From: Mobula hypostoma
Lineage: Eukaryota
Assembly (NCBI RefSeq): GCF_963921235.1
Contig: NC_086097.1
Span: forward strand, 152,274,001 to 152,338,000
DNA: 64,000 nt
Direction: 5' to 3'
Made by a program: the position numbers and the translations under genes. Position 1 is the first letter of the stretch; each line of letters starts with the position of its first letter. The notes under the pieces are model-generated. The model was not told where the DNA came from and made no database searches. It saw only the letters and a list, made by a program, of their open reading frames with translations. Positions 51,043-61,234 of this stretch are shown in pieces.

Positions 51043-52368
51043 TTAACCAACACATGACACTTCCTGGCTTGACTGATTACTGAGGTTCTCCCTCACTTCC
51101 TCCCATGTCAGTCCTACTAACCCTAAATGGTTTACTGCTGCTTTTACCACCAGCTGAATTTTGTCACTTTTTGACTTTACCTCAGCCGTACTATTAATCA
51201 CTCCTGCAATGAATGTTACTAGAGCCTTTTTGTCTACATAAATCCTGTCATTTGTTCTTTGTTGCATCTCTCGTATCCCTATTGCTTCCTGTTCATTAGG
51301 AGCATTATTCTGTTCTCTTGACATTCTTACAGCTTCTGCATAAGTGATCTTTCTTTTCACTCTTATTTCTTGAATTTTAGTCTCCCGTCTCACAACCTCA
51401 CACCCACTATATGCAACATTATGAGATCCTCCACAATTGCAGCATTTTGGTTGAACTACTGTTCCGCACTTTCCATATTCATGATCACCCCCACATCTAG
51501 CACATCTCCTCTGCCTTTTACAGTTTTTAGCCACGTGTCCAAACCTTTGACAATTATAGCACCTCAATGGCTTTGACACATACACCCTTACTGGGTAACT
51601 CATGAAACCCAGGAACACCTTCCTTGGCACTCTTTCTTCTTCAAATTCAATCAATACAGATTCACTTTCCTTTTTCACTCCCTCCTTTGTTGTTTTCAGT
51701 CTTTGAACATTCATTACTTTCCCTCCTTTGATATTCCTCTTTATCTCCTCCAGATTTATACTCATTGGTATCCCCGCGATCACTCCTTTACAACCACTGT
51801 TTTGTGCTCCCACCCTCCCAGTGTATTCCACCTTGCATTTTCCTATCTCTTTTAGCTTGAGTGCTTTCTCAAGTTGTTCCTCATACGCACATCTTACCAA
51901 TAAGTTGCCATCATTAAGGACTTTTGCAAATACTATTTCCCCTATCTTATTTGTCAGAGCTGTTGTTAGCACAAACAGGTTAATTTTCTTCATATGTCCC
52001 TGAGTCTTCTCATTAAACCTAATTATGACAACACCTCCTCTCTGAACTTGTTCATCTTCCTCACTTTCAGAGCTTTCTCCACTATCATTTCTTATTCTTT
52101 TATTCCCTTTGTCTTGGTTTTTATTCATCCGACCCCTCACTACCTCCTCATTCCCTTTATTTCTCCCTTCACAATAATCCACCTCTCCCCAGCTGCCTAC
52201 CTCTGGTCCCAAGTCTCTATCCCTCTCCACTTTCTTTCCCTCAACCCCACCTCTTATCTTGTCCACCATTACCGGACCCACACAACCCCTTCCCAGCAAT
52301 TTCCATTCCTTCCCCACTCTCTTTCCCTCAACAGGTTCCAAAACACACTCACGCATCAAGCAAAACAC
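51043..52368 (-). CDS. Nimb/I-group LINE ORF1p, nucleic-acid-binding protein with three CCHC knuckles (open 441-codon frame; true start uncertain)
   Basis: PLRCYNCQRFGHVAKNC, CARCGGDHEYGKC, CCNCGGSHNVAYSGC and ITYAEA. Confidence 0.85.
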   Translation of the reverse strand: MFCLMRECVLEPVEGKRVGKEWKLLGRGCVGPVMVDKIRGGVEGKKVERDRDLGPEVGSWGEVDYCEGRNKGNEEVVRGRMNKNQDKGNKRIRNDSGESSESEEDEQVQRGGVVIIRFNEKTQGHMKKINLFVLTTALTNKIGEIVFAKVLNDGNLLVRCAYEEQLEKALKLKEIGKCKVEYTGRVGAQNSGCKGVIAGIPMSINLEEIKRNIKGGKVMNVQRLKTTKEGVKKESESVLIEFEEERVPRKVFLGFMSYPVRVYVSKPLRCYNCQRFGHVAKNCKRQRRCARCGGDHEYGKCGTVVQPKCCNCGGSHNVAYSGCEVVRRETKIQEIRVKRKITYAEAVRMSREQNNAPNEQEAIGIREMQQRTNDRIYVDKKALVTFIAGVINSTAEVKSKSDKIQLVVKAAVNHLGLVGLTWEEVRENLSNQSSQEVSCVG

Positions 52369-53144
52369 AGCCAGCTTCCAGTCAAGCCAACTCAGCCGCT
52401 CCCTTCTCAGACGCCGGATTGCCAGGCCACTCCTGAACAGAGCACAACTCCCAACCAGCCTGGCAGAGAATGCTCATCAAGGCAGGGTTTAAATGGACAG
52501 GGTAATGAGTGAAAATTAGACACAGGTGGGTGCAAATGAGGAGACAAGCAGGTAATTGGAAGAAGCCCAAAAAAGGAAAGGGGCTGGGTCAGAACCCACA
52601 TGGCCAGCTGAAAGAAAACAGAAATTAAAGGCTGGTGTGATCCAGAGCTACCAGCAGAGGCCCTTCAATTCAGTGTTCAGGCCGGATCCTTAAGACTCTC
52701 CACACAGCTTTAGACCACCTGGACAATACAAACACCTACGTCAGGATGCTGTTCATTGACTATAGCTCAGCATTTAGTACCATCATTCCCACAATCCTGA
52801 TTGAGAAATTGCAGAACCTGGGCCTCTGTACCTCCCTCTGCAATTGGCTCCTCGACTTCCTAACCAGAAGATCACAATCTGTGCGGATTGGTGATAATAT
52901 TTCCTCCTTGCTGACGATCAACACTGGTGTACCTCAGGGGTGTGTGCTTAGACCATTGCTCTACTCTCTCTATACCCACGAATGTGTGCCTAGGAAAAGC
53001 ACAAGTATCATCTGTAAATTTGCTGATGATACAACCATTGTTGGTAGAATCTCAGATGGAGATGAAAGGGCATACAGGAGCGAGATATGCCAACTAGTGA
53101 AGTGGTATCGCAGCAACAACCTTGTACTCAATGTCAGTAAGATG

Positions 53145-54035
53145 TGTGACGAGAGTACACATAGAATATGATGTTAACTGTCCTGTGCTGGCACCAGTGG
53201 GATCAGCAGTTGGTCTGCCACCTGTCTTCAGGAGAAAGAGAGATAAGGAAAACAATGGAGCAACATTTGGAGATGTTAATGAAGGGACGGAAGGAGAGCT
53301 GTCAAGACCGGCTCCCCTTTGAACCCTGAACTGTTTGAAGTGATGGACAGGCGATACCCCAGCAGGGGGATAAAAAAGGACAGGTTCGCTAAGGCAGGAC
53401 ACACACACACGACACCACGAGGAAACGAGACCCTGGAAGCGGTGCACCTCCCACAAGTCGGTGGGAGTTTTGGAGGGTTGGTCGCGGGACTAAGCCATAG
53501 ACGCACAGGGTGGAAAGGTACGATCGGCGGGAACCTGGTGTGTGTCCGCCCTTGCCTGGGTGCCAGGTTCACTGCAGAGAAACGATCGTATCTGGAAATG
53601 GAGGGGTCACGGTCGGTGACCTCAGAAGACATCACAATGGGCTCGCCCGAAAGCTGACTGCGAAGAATATCGAAGGTCTGTGTGGAAGCTGTTTGAGTAT
53701 TCGTTCGTTTTTTGCTCTCTCTCTCCTTCCCCCCACTGTCCATCGCCACGGCAGTGATTACTGTGAACTGAACTGAACTCAGTTGAACTGAACTTTGCGT
53801 CACTTTGAAACTGGTCATTTACCCCTTGACGACGATAGAGCTTGATTGATCCTGTAATCCTAATTCTGTGTACATGTGTGTTTATCATTGCTGAACTGTT
53901 GCATTTATTATCCTTTTGATTAGAGTACTGTGTTGCTTGTTTCTTTAATAAAACTTTCTTAGTTCTAGTAATCCAGACTCCAGCTGAGTGATCCATTGCT
54001 GCTGGTTTGGCAACCCAGTTACGGGGTACATAACA
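53145..54035 (+). mobile_element. Solo LTR (891 bp, Gypsy-like)
   Basis: TGTGAC...TAACA termini, 4-bp TSD GATG (53141-53144, 54036-54039) and AATAAA at 53947. Confidence 0.9.
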
Positions 54036-56183
54036 GATGAAAGAGCTGATTGTGGATTTCAGGAAGGGTAAGACGAAGGAACACATACCAGTCCTCATAG
54101 AGGGACCAGAAGTGGAGACAGTGAGAAGATTCAAGTTCCTGGGTGTCAAGATCTCTGAGGACCTAACCTGGTCCCAACATATTGATGCAGGTATAAAGAA
54201 GGCAGGACAGTGATTATACTTCATTATGAGTTTGAAGATATTTTGTACATTAACAGATACACTCAAAAACCTCTATCGATGTACCGTGGAGAGCATTCTG
54301 ACAGGCTGCATCACTAGCTAGTATGGGGGGGGGGGGAGGGTGGCACTATCGCACAGGACCGAAAGAAGTTGCAGAGGGTTGTAAATTTAGTCGGCTCCAT
54401 CTTAGGTACTAGCCTACAAAGTACCCAGGACATCTTCAAGGAGTGGTGTCTCAGAAAGGCAGCGTTCATTATTAAGGACCGTCATCACCCAGAGCATGCC
54501 CTTTTCTCACTGTTACCATCAGGAAAGAGGTACAGAATCCTGAAGGCACGCATTCAGCGATTCAGGAACAGCTTCTTCCCCTCTGCCATCTGATCCCTAA
54601 ATGGACACTGAACCCATGAACTCTACCTCACTTTCTTTAATATATATTATTTTTGTTTTTTGCACTATTTTTAATCTATTCAATATAGTATACGTATGCT
54701 ATAATTGATTGATTGATCTGTTGTTATTATTTATTTTGTTTTTTTTCTTCTATATTATGTATTGTATTGAACTGCTGCTGCTAAGCTAGCAAATTTCACA
54801 ACATAAGCCAATGATAATAAACCTGATTCTGATTCTAAGAATGCTGAGGGTTCCTTGAAACCTCATGGCTACATAGTTTTAAACTGTTCGGTCTGTTCTG
54901 AATTTATCCCATTTCCCCTTGTGAAGCAGATTTCTATCATGGACATGCTAAATAAAACCATGTTTCCATTGAAATTCTTCCTCACATTTCTTGATTATAT
55001 TAAACTGACACTGATGTATTTATAATAATAATTGTCTTTTACAATGATATGAGTAAATTGCCGCATTCCCTCTCCCTGCACATAAATATCAATCTAATTC
55101 AGCTCACGATTCTGGGCAGAATTTAGGACTTCGCAACAACAGATAAATCAGAGGCTTCTCAGAAAGGAAGGCTCCTTATGAAAATACAAAGATCATTTTA
55201 TCTGCCAGTGATAACTCATTTTTAATTATCTCTCAATAGAGTTAGTTATCATCTACATCCCACAGCTACATTTTGCTATCTCCTGCTGTTTGCTTTTCTT
55301 TCTCTCTCTCAAACCATATTACTGAAGAAATCTCAGTACTCCAATTCCCAATCCAGTGCATTTTGCATTTTAAACTTAGATAGCAAGGCCACAGATGTGT
55401 ATGAACAAACACACTGAAAGTCTCATACTCAGCCTTATGTTTTTTCCCACATAGTTACCGAGTTACATAGCAACATTGCATTATCTTTTTACAGGAAGTC
55501 TAAAATATTCTTTGTTTTGATTTACTGTATAAAAATAGATTTTTTTCTCTTCCTTTTCTCTCTTTATCTCTTATGGTCTTTAATTAATTATACAAATCAC
55601 TGTTTTCCTTTCTCAATCTACTTTTCTCATTATTCATTAACAAATATTATCAAGCTAGATTGTTGCAGCTGTGGCTATGATAGCTGTGTCTGGTCATTAC
55701 TTTTGCTAACTGTTAACATTAATGAACACAACCAGATGTAACTTGTCTTTTGATATTTTTCCTCTTCAATTCGTCACTTGAGATTGAACCTCAAAGTTCA
55801 TGCTGAGACTGAATTTGCTTCATTCAGATACATCTAATGATACTCAGTTGCTCTGTATGACCCTCCCTGATTTACTTAATCTCCCTCAAGACGTAAAGGA
55901 TCACAAATTGAGACATTGTTCTGTTGGATTCTGTTAAATGCTTATGTTTCTTATTTCCATACACCACAAAAGACTATTTTAGCTCATCAAATCTTTGCTG
56001 GCTTCAGAGCAATTCCATTTCCCACTAGTATTTCCCCACAATTTCATCAACTCCATTCACACTCTACCAATGGTCTACACTTTAGGAGAAATTTACAATG
56101 GCAAATGAACCTATCAAATTGTGTGTCTTTCAAATGTGAGAGGAAACCAAAGCAGTGGGAAACCCAAAGAGTTGCAGGATAAT

Positions 56184-56673
56184 TCCTGGGATTGATTCCT
56201 GGGATGGCAGGACTTTCATATGAAGAAAGACTGGATGAACTGGGCTTGTACTCGTTGGAGTTTAGAAGATTGAGGGGGGATCTGATTGAAACGTATAAGA
56301 TCCTAAAGGGATTGGACAGGCTAGATGCAGGAAGATTGTTCCCGATGTTGGGGAAGTCCAGAACGAGGGGTCACAGTTTGAGGATAAAGGGGAAGCCTTT
56401 TAGGACCGAGATTAGGAAAAACTTCTTCACACAGAGAGTGGTGAATCTGTGGAATTCTCTGCCACAGGAAACTGTTGAGGCCAGTTCATTGGCTATGTTT
56501 AAGAGGGAGTTAGATATGGCCCTTGTGGCTACGGGGGTCAGGGGCTATGGAGGGAAGGCTGGGGCGGGGTTCTGAGTTGGAGGATCAGCCATGATCATAA
56601 TAAATGGCGGTGCAGGCTCGAAGGGCCGAATGGCCTACTCCTGCACCTATTTTCTATGTTTCTATGTTTCTAT
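56184..56673 (+). mobile_element. CR1 3' fragment of the same young family as 16873-20633, inserted into a minus-strand V-SINE-like remnant
   Basis: Near-identical to 20156-20633 (GMAGLSYEERLDEL...GGKAGAGF*), with a (tttctatg)n tail. Confidence 0.95.
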
Positions 56674-57730
56674 AAACATGTATACATGACTAGAGACCTG
56701 GATTGGGCCTGAGTCTCTGGAGCTACGGGGATAAATAAAGTGGCAGACAATAGGGAGCTCTGAGTTAGCCCTACTGAAGGCAAGCACATGTCACCCAATC
56801 CCAATTCACAGACTGTGAGCACTAAATACTGTACAATAAATTAGAAGCGTCAGTGAATTGCTTTTTATTGGAAAGATCGTATGACTTCTTAAATGGAGGA
56901 AAGGGATATAGGAAATGGACAGGCTTGCAAATGAGCTTATATGGGAAAATGTTCTAAAGAGGGAAGCGTTTGTAAGGGACAGAAGAGTAGATCTGAGTGT
57001 TGTAAAGGAAAAGATCACCAACATTTTGAAAGGAATGATAATGATTTATCTACTGATGGAAACTCAACAAATTTGAAAGAAGTTATGAAGGATCGCTCAT
57101 TTAATGTATTAGAGAATTAGGATAAAGGAATTTTTTTTTTGTCCTGTTTAGGAGGAGGCAAAGCTTCTGGAAATAGATGGAATGCAATGAACGGTTCTGT
57201 CAGCAATGGAAAACAGTAGTTCAAGAAGCAGGAAGATTAGTCTCAGAGGCACTAATGTGCATTACTTCCTCATTGCAGCAAATGTAACAGAGACAGAGGA
57301 ATTGAGAGAAAAGAGTAAAGTTTATATTGGGAGAAAATGTGGGAGCAAGGATAGAGCAACAAACAATCTGCTTGAATAACTTATTTGCCTCCATAGATGG
57401 CATGGAGGCAAATGGATGGTTGATGTTTCAGATTACGTTACCAGGACCGAGACTACAGGGGGAAAATAGCCAATGAGAAGGAGGGATGGAAAGGAGACTA
57501 GTAATTAGTGGCCAGATGGTGGGCCAATAGTGCCAGATGAGGGAGGTTGGGGTGGGTGGACCTCTGAGATTTGAGACAGACAGCTGTAGTTTATAACTTG
57601 CTTTACCTTTTCCCTAGTTCTGAAGAGTCTTCAGCCTGAAACAGTAACATTTTCTTTTTCCACAAATACTGAATAACATGTACATGTTTCCAGCACTTCC
57701 CATTTCTGTTTCAGATTGTTAGCAGTTGCA

Positions 57731-58565
57731 AAGTTCAATGGTTCCATTTAATATTAGAGTACGTATATAGTATATAACCTGAAATTCTTGCTCTTCACAA
57801 ACATCCACAAAAACAGAGAACTCCAAACGACGAATGACAGTAAAGCGATAGAACCCCAAAGCCTCCTCTCACTCAGAAGCAATAGCAAAGCATCAATTCT
57901 CTCCTCCACACCTTCCCCACTTATTTCAGGAGGAAGCATCAGCACCCGCCACCCACCAAGCAAGCAATAGCAAAGCCCCCAAAGAGAGATCGTGACCAGC
58001 AGTCCAACAAAAACTACTTGTTCACCAGACAATTCGACATGTCATTGGCTTGCTATCCCATCTAACAAGGGACAGAGAGGTGTCATCCCTTTTCCGCTAA
58101 TTATGATGTTACAGTCTGCCACATAACTTTTATTCCAAGTTCTCTGTCTCGAAAATCAGCAGCAAACTCTCGCCCACCATCGAGAGAGAGAGAGAGAGAG
58201 AGAAGCGGCCACCCGAGTACAGAGCCCTCCGACAGTCAATTTGCTGTTGCAACGTTCTGTTTCTCCCGCAACATCTCAGTTGGCGACACCAGCATGGAAT
58301 TGTTTGGTCCACAGGGCCGCAGGGCCTTACCCCAAAGGTGCATGTCTTCCTGGCCGCATCCTGGGGATATCAAAGGGCAACAAGTGGGCTGGGTCCGGGA
58401 GTAGGAAACCAGCACCGTAAAGAACCGCGGTTTGAGTGCAGCTGTAGATCATGGACACCGACAAACCCCATGCACCTTGAAAAGGAAAGAAGAGCCATTA
58501 AAAGGAAGAAATTAAGCTGTTTTGCAGATGCTCAAAGAAGGTGCCCTCTGGCTCTGCCCATTTTC
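57731..58565 (-). mobile_element. Non-coding retroelement with a Rex-type 3' tail and an internal (GA)n
   Basis: The reverse-complement tail aagaatttcaggttatatac..attaaatggaaccattgaac resembles the Rex tails. The 5' end is aaaatgggc. Confidence 0.5.
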
Positions 58566-58679
58566 TGTTTAGCATTCTAAACATGAAGCTTATTCAAAGA
58601 TCACTTTAGCCAACCTTTCTGACTCATAACGATGGGCATTATATTCAGGATCATTGTTAGAATTGTTAAATTTGTACAG

Positions 58680-60040
58680 TCTAACCAAATGTGGTCTGAC
58701 ATCTACCATCATGTTATGCATCAAGAGACTGGCCAAGACACAAATTATCTGTGGCTTCCTGGATGACCTCATCCTACTGCAGTTTCCCAAACAACAAAAG
58801 AATTCCACATAGAATGCCTTTGTCCAGGTCGTACATTCATCTCTGGAGCTTCTGGACTGTAAAAACACCTACGTTGGACAATTGTTTATTGATGATAACT
58901 CTGCTTTCTATACTATAATTCTAAGCAAATATTTATCTCCAAGCTACTGGGCCTGGGATTCAATACTCCCCTTTGCAACTGGATCTTTGATTTCTTGATC
59001 AACAGATTACAATCGGTAAGGATAGGCAGCAGTACGTTTGCTATCATTATTCTCCATGCTGGTGCCCTACAAAGCTGCATTCTCTACCCCTAATTTACTC
59101 TCTATACACTCAAAACTGTGTGGCCACATCCTGCTCTAACTCCATGTACACATTTGCAGATGACACCACCGTAATGGTGAGTCAGGGTGCAGGAAGGAGA
59201 TAGACAGCCTCCTCATTGTACTTCAGTGCAGCAACTTTTCTCTGAATGTCAGAAAAACAAAACAGTAGGTTGTTGACCAGGAAGGAGTGACGTGCACATG
59301 CTCCTCAGATCAAGAGGATTGAAAGTTTTCAGTTCCTATGAGTAAACACCACCAGTATCCTGTCTATGGTCCAACCATGTAGATGCCCTGGCTGAGAAAG
59401 TGCACCAGCACCTCCACTTCCTCTGGAGGCTAAGGAAACTTCGACCCTCATCAATTTTTATAGATGCATCTTTGACAACATCCTAAATCAATGCATCATG
59501 GCTTGGTATGGCAACTGCTCATCTTGAGATGGAAAGAAACTGCAGAAAGTTATGGACATAGCTCAGTACATCACAGAAGCCAGCTTCCTCTCCATGGACT
59601 CTGTCTATAGTTATTGCTTCTTTGGTTTAGCAGCTAATATAATTAAAGGCTCCACCTGCTTCTCTACTCAAGCCCTCTCCAATCGGTCAGAAGATACAAA
59701 ATATTGAGAACACCTATCACCAGTCTCAGGGATAGCTTTTATCAAGTTGTTTGAAGACTATTGAACATTCCCCTACTAAGACGTCTCAATCTGCCCTGTT
59801 TTGACCCTGGAACCACCAAGCCCCATGTCACCAGAGTCATGAACAGTTACCTCCTCTGAACCATTTGGTTCTTAAATCAACCAGAAAAACCTTAATCACT
59901 ATAGTTTAATAGCACTGTGATCATTTTCACAACTGTGCCTTAAAATGGACTTTGTTCCTTTTTGTTCTGTTTATGCTTTCTTGTAAAATTTGTGAATAAT
60001 ATATGTTTAATTTATCCTTTTCTTCTGAATGTGCCTATGA
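58680..60040 (+). mobile_element. Old Rex1-like LINE fragment
   Basis: LDCKNTYV..LFID..SAF, CNWIFDFL, FADDTT and AWYGN remnants. Confidence 0.8.
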
Positions 60041-60298
60041 TGCAGTTCTCTTCAGCAGTTGAATGGGGCAGGACTGCGCAAGTGCATGTAAATTGCCGTG
60101 AGGCAGCGGGAGTATTTAAAAGAGAGCAGATTAACGGAGTGGGTGATGTTGCAGCGGGCGACAAAGTAGAGGGAGACAGAGTAGGAAGGCTTTGGCTCCT
60201 GAGGCTTCGGCGAGCAGAGGCTGAGGAAGAGCTTCACTCCAAGTGAGGTAAGGTTGGGTAAGTTCCTTTAATAAATCTAATTATCATAAGAGTAGGTA

Positions 60299-61234
60299 AT
60301 GGAGGCAGCAGTTAGGGCAGTTGAGTGCTCCATTTGCAGGAGGTGGGAAGTCAGGGTGAGCACAATCACCCCTGATAACTACACCTGCGATAGGTGCATC
60401 CAGCTGCAGCTCCTGACAAACCGAGTGAGGGAGCTGGAGCTGGATTAACTTCGGATCATTCGGGAGGCAGAGGCAGAAATAGAGAGGAGTTACAGGGAGA
60501 TAGTCACCCCTAAGAGAAAGGAGACAGGTAGCTGGGTGACTGTCAGGAGAGGGAAGGGGAATAGACAGAATGAGCAGAGCACCCCTGTGGTCATTCCCAC
60601 CAATAATAAGTACATCGTTTTGGATACTGTTGATGGGGACGACCTACCAGGGACAAGTTGCAGTGGTTGCGTCTATGGCACCGAGATGGGACCCTCAACT
60701 CAGAAGAGAAGGAGGGAAAAGAGGAGGGCAGTATTGACAGGGGATTCGATAGTTAGGGGGACGGATAGGAGGTTCTGTGGAAGAGATCGAGAATCCCGGA
60801 TGGTCTGTTGCCTCCCTGGTGCCAGGGTCCGCGATATCTCAGATCGAGTTCTCAGTATTCTCAAGAGGGAGGGTGAGCAGCCGGATGTTGTGGTCCGTGT
60901 AGGGACCAATGACATGGGTAGGAAGAGTGAGGAGGTCCTGAAAGGTGAGTTTAGGGAGTTAGGTGCCAAGTTAAAGGACAGGACCTCCAGGATAGCAATC
61001 TCAGGATTGCTACCAGTGCCACGTGCAGGCGGGTGTAGAAATAGTAAGATAGTGCAGATTAACACGTGGCTGAAGACATGGTGCAGGAGGGAGGGCTTCA
61101 GATTTATAGACAATTGGGCAGTTTTCCAGGGGAGGTGGGACCTGTTCCGGTGGGACGGTCTACATCTGAACTGGAAGGGGACAAATATTCTTGCAGGTAG
61201 GTTTGCTATGGAGGCTCTGGTGGATTTAAACTAG
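60299..61234 (+). pseudogene. CR1 ORF1: CxxC..CxxC zinc finger, leucine zipper and SGNH esterase; one in-frame TAA (60446-60448)
   Basis: MEAAVRAVECSICRRWE..YTCDRCIQLQLLTNRVRELELD*LRII, then GDS, PGARV, GTND, DGLH. Confidence 0.9.
61225..61231 (+). other. Candidate -1 frameshift heptamer U_UUA_AAC at the CR1 ORF1/ORF2 junction
   Basis: GAT TTA AAC TAG. The -1 frame FKLDTREEGNQ...LKCIYFNARS is open with no ATG. Confidence 0.6.

Larger units (their letters stand above)
47099..52459 (-). mobile_element. Full-length I-group (Nimb-like) LINE with RNase H
   Basis: 13-bp TSD CTGGCAGAGAATG (47086-47098, 52460-52472). Gag-like ORF1, ORF2 APE-RT-RNaseH-CCHC, and a short (caga) tail. Confidence 0.93.
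46785..52695. mobile_element. Solo-LTR-like insertion (about 540 bp net; pieces 46785-47098 and 52473-52695) interrupted by the Nimb LINE
   Basis: It begins TGTCAGG and ends ccttaaga (probably a decayed ...ACA). ctctcc is duplicated at 46779-46784 and 52696-52701. Confidence 0.65.
46550..54836 (+). mobile_element. Rex1/Babar-like LINE in three pieces (46550-46784, 52696-53144, 54036-54836)
   Basis: The RT is continuous across the insertions: LDPLQFAY..STADTISMAL | [33 protein letters not shown] | MKELIVDFR..FKFLG. The tail is aataaacctgattctgattct. Confidence 0.92.

Noticed and set aside
53276..54266. ORFs of 180 and 214 aa on the minus strand
   Set aside because: They lie in the solo LTR and antisense Rex sequence and show no protein motifs.
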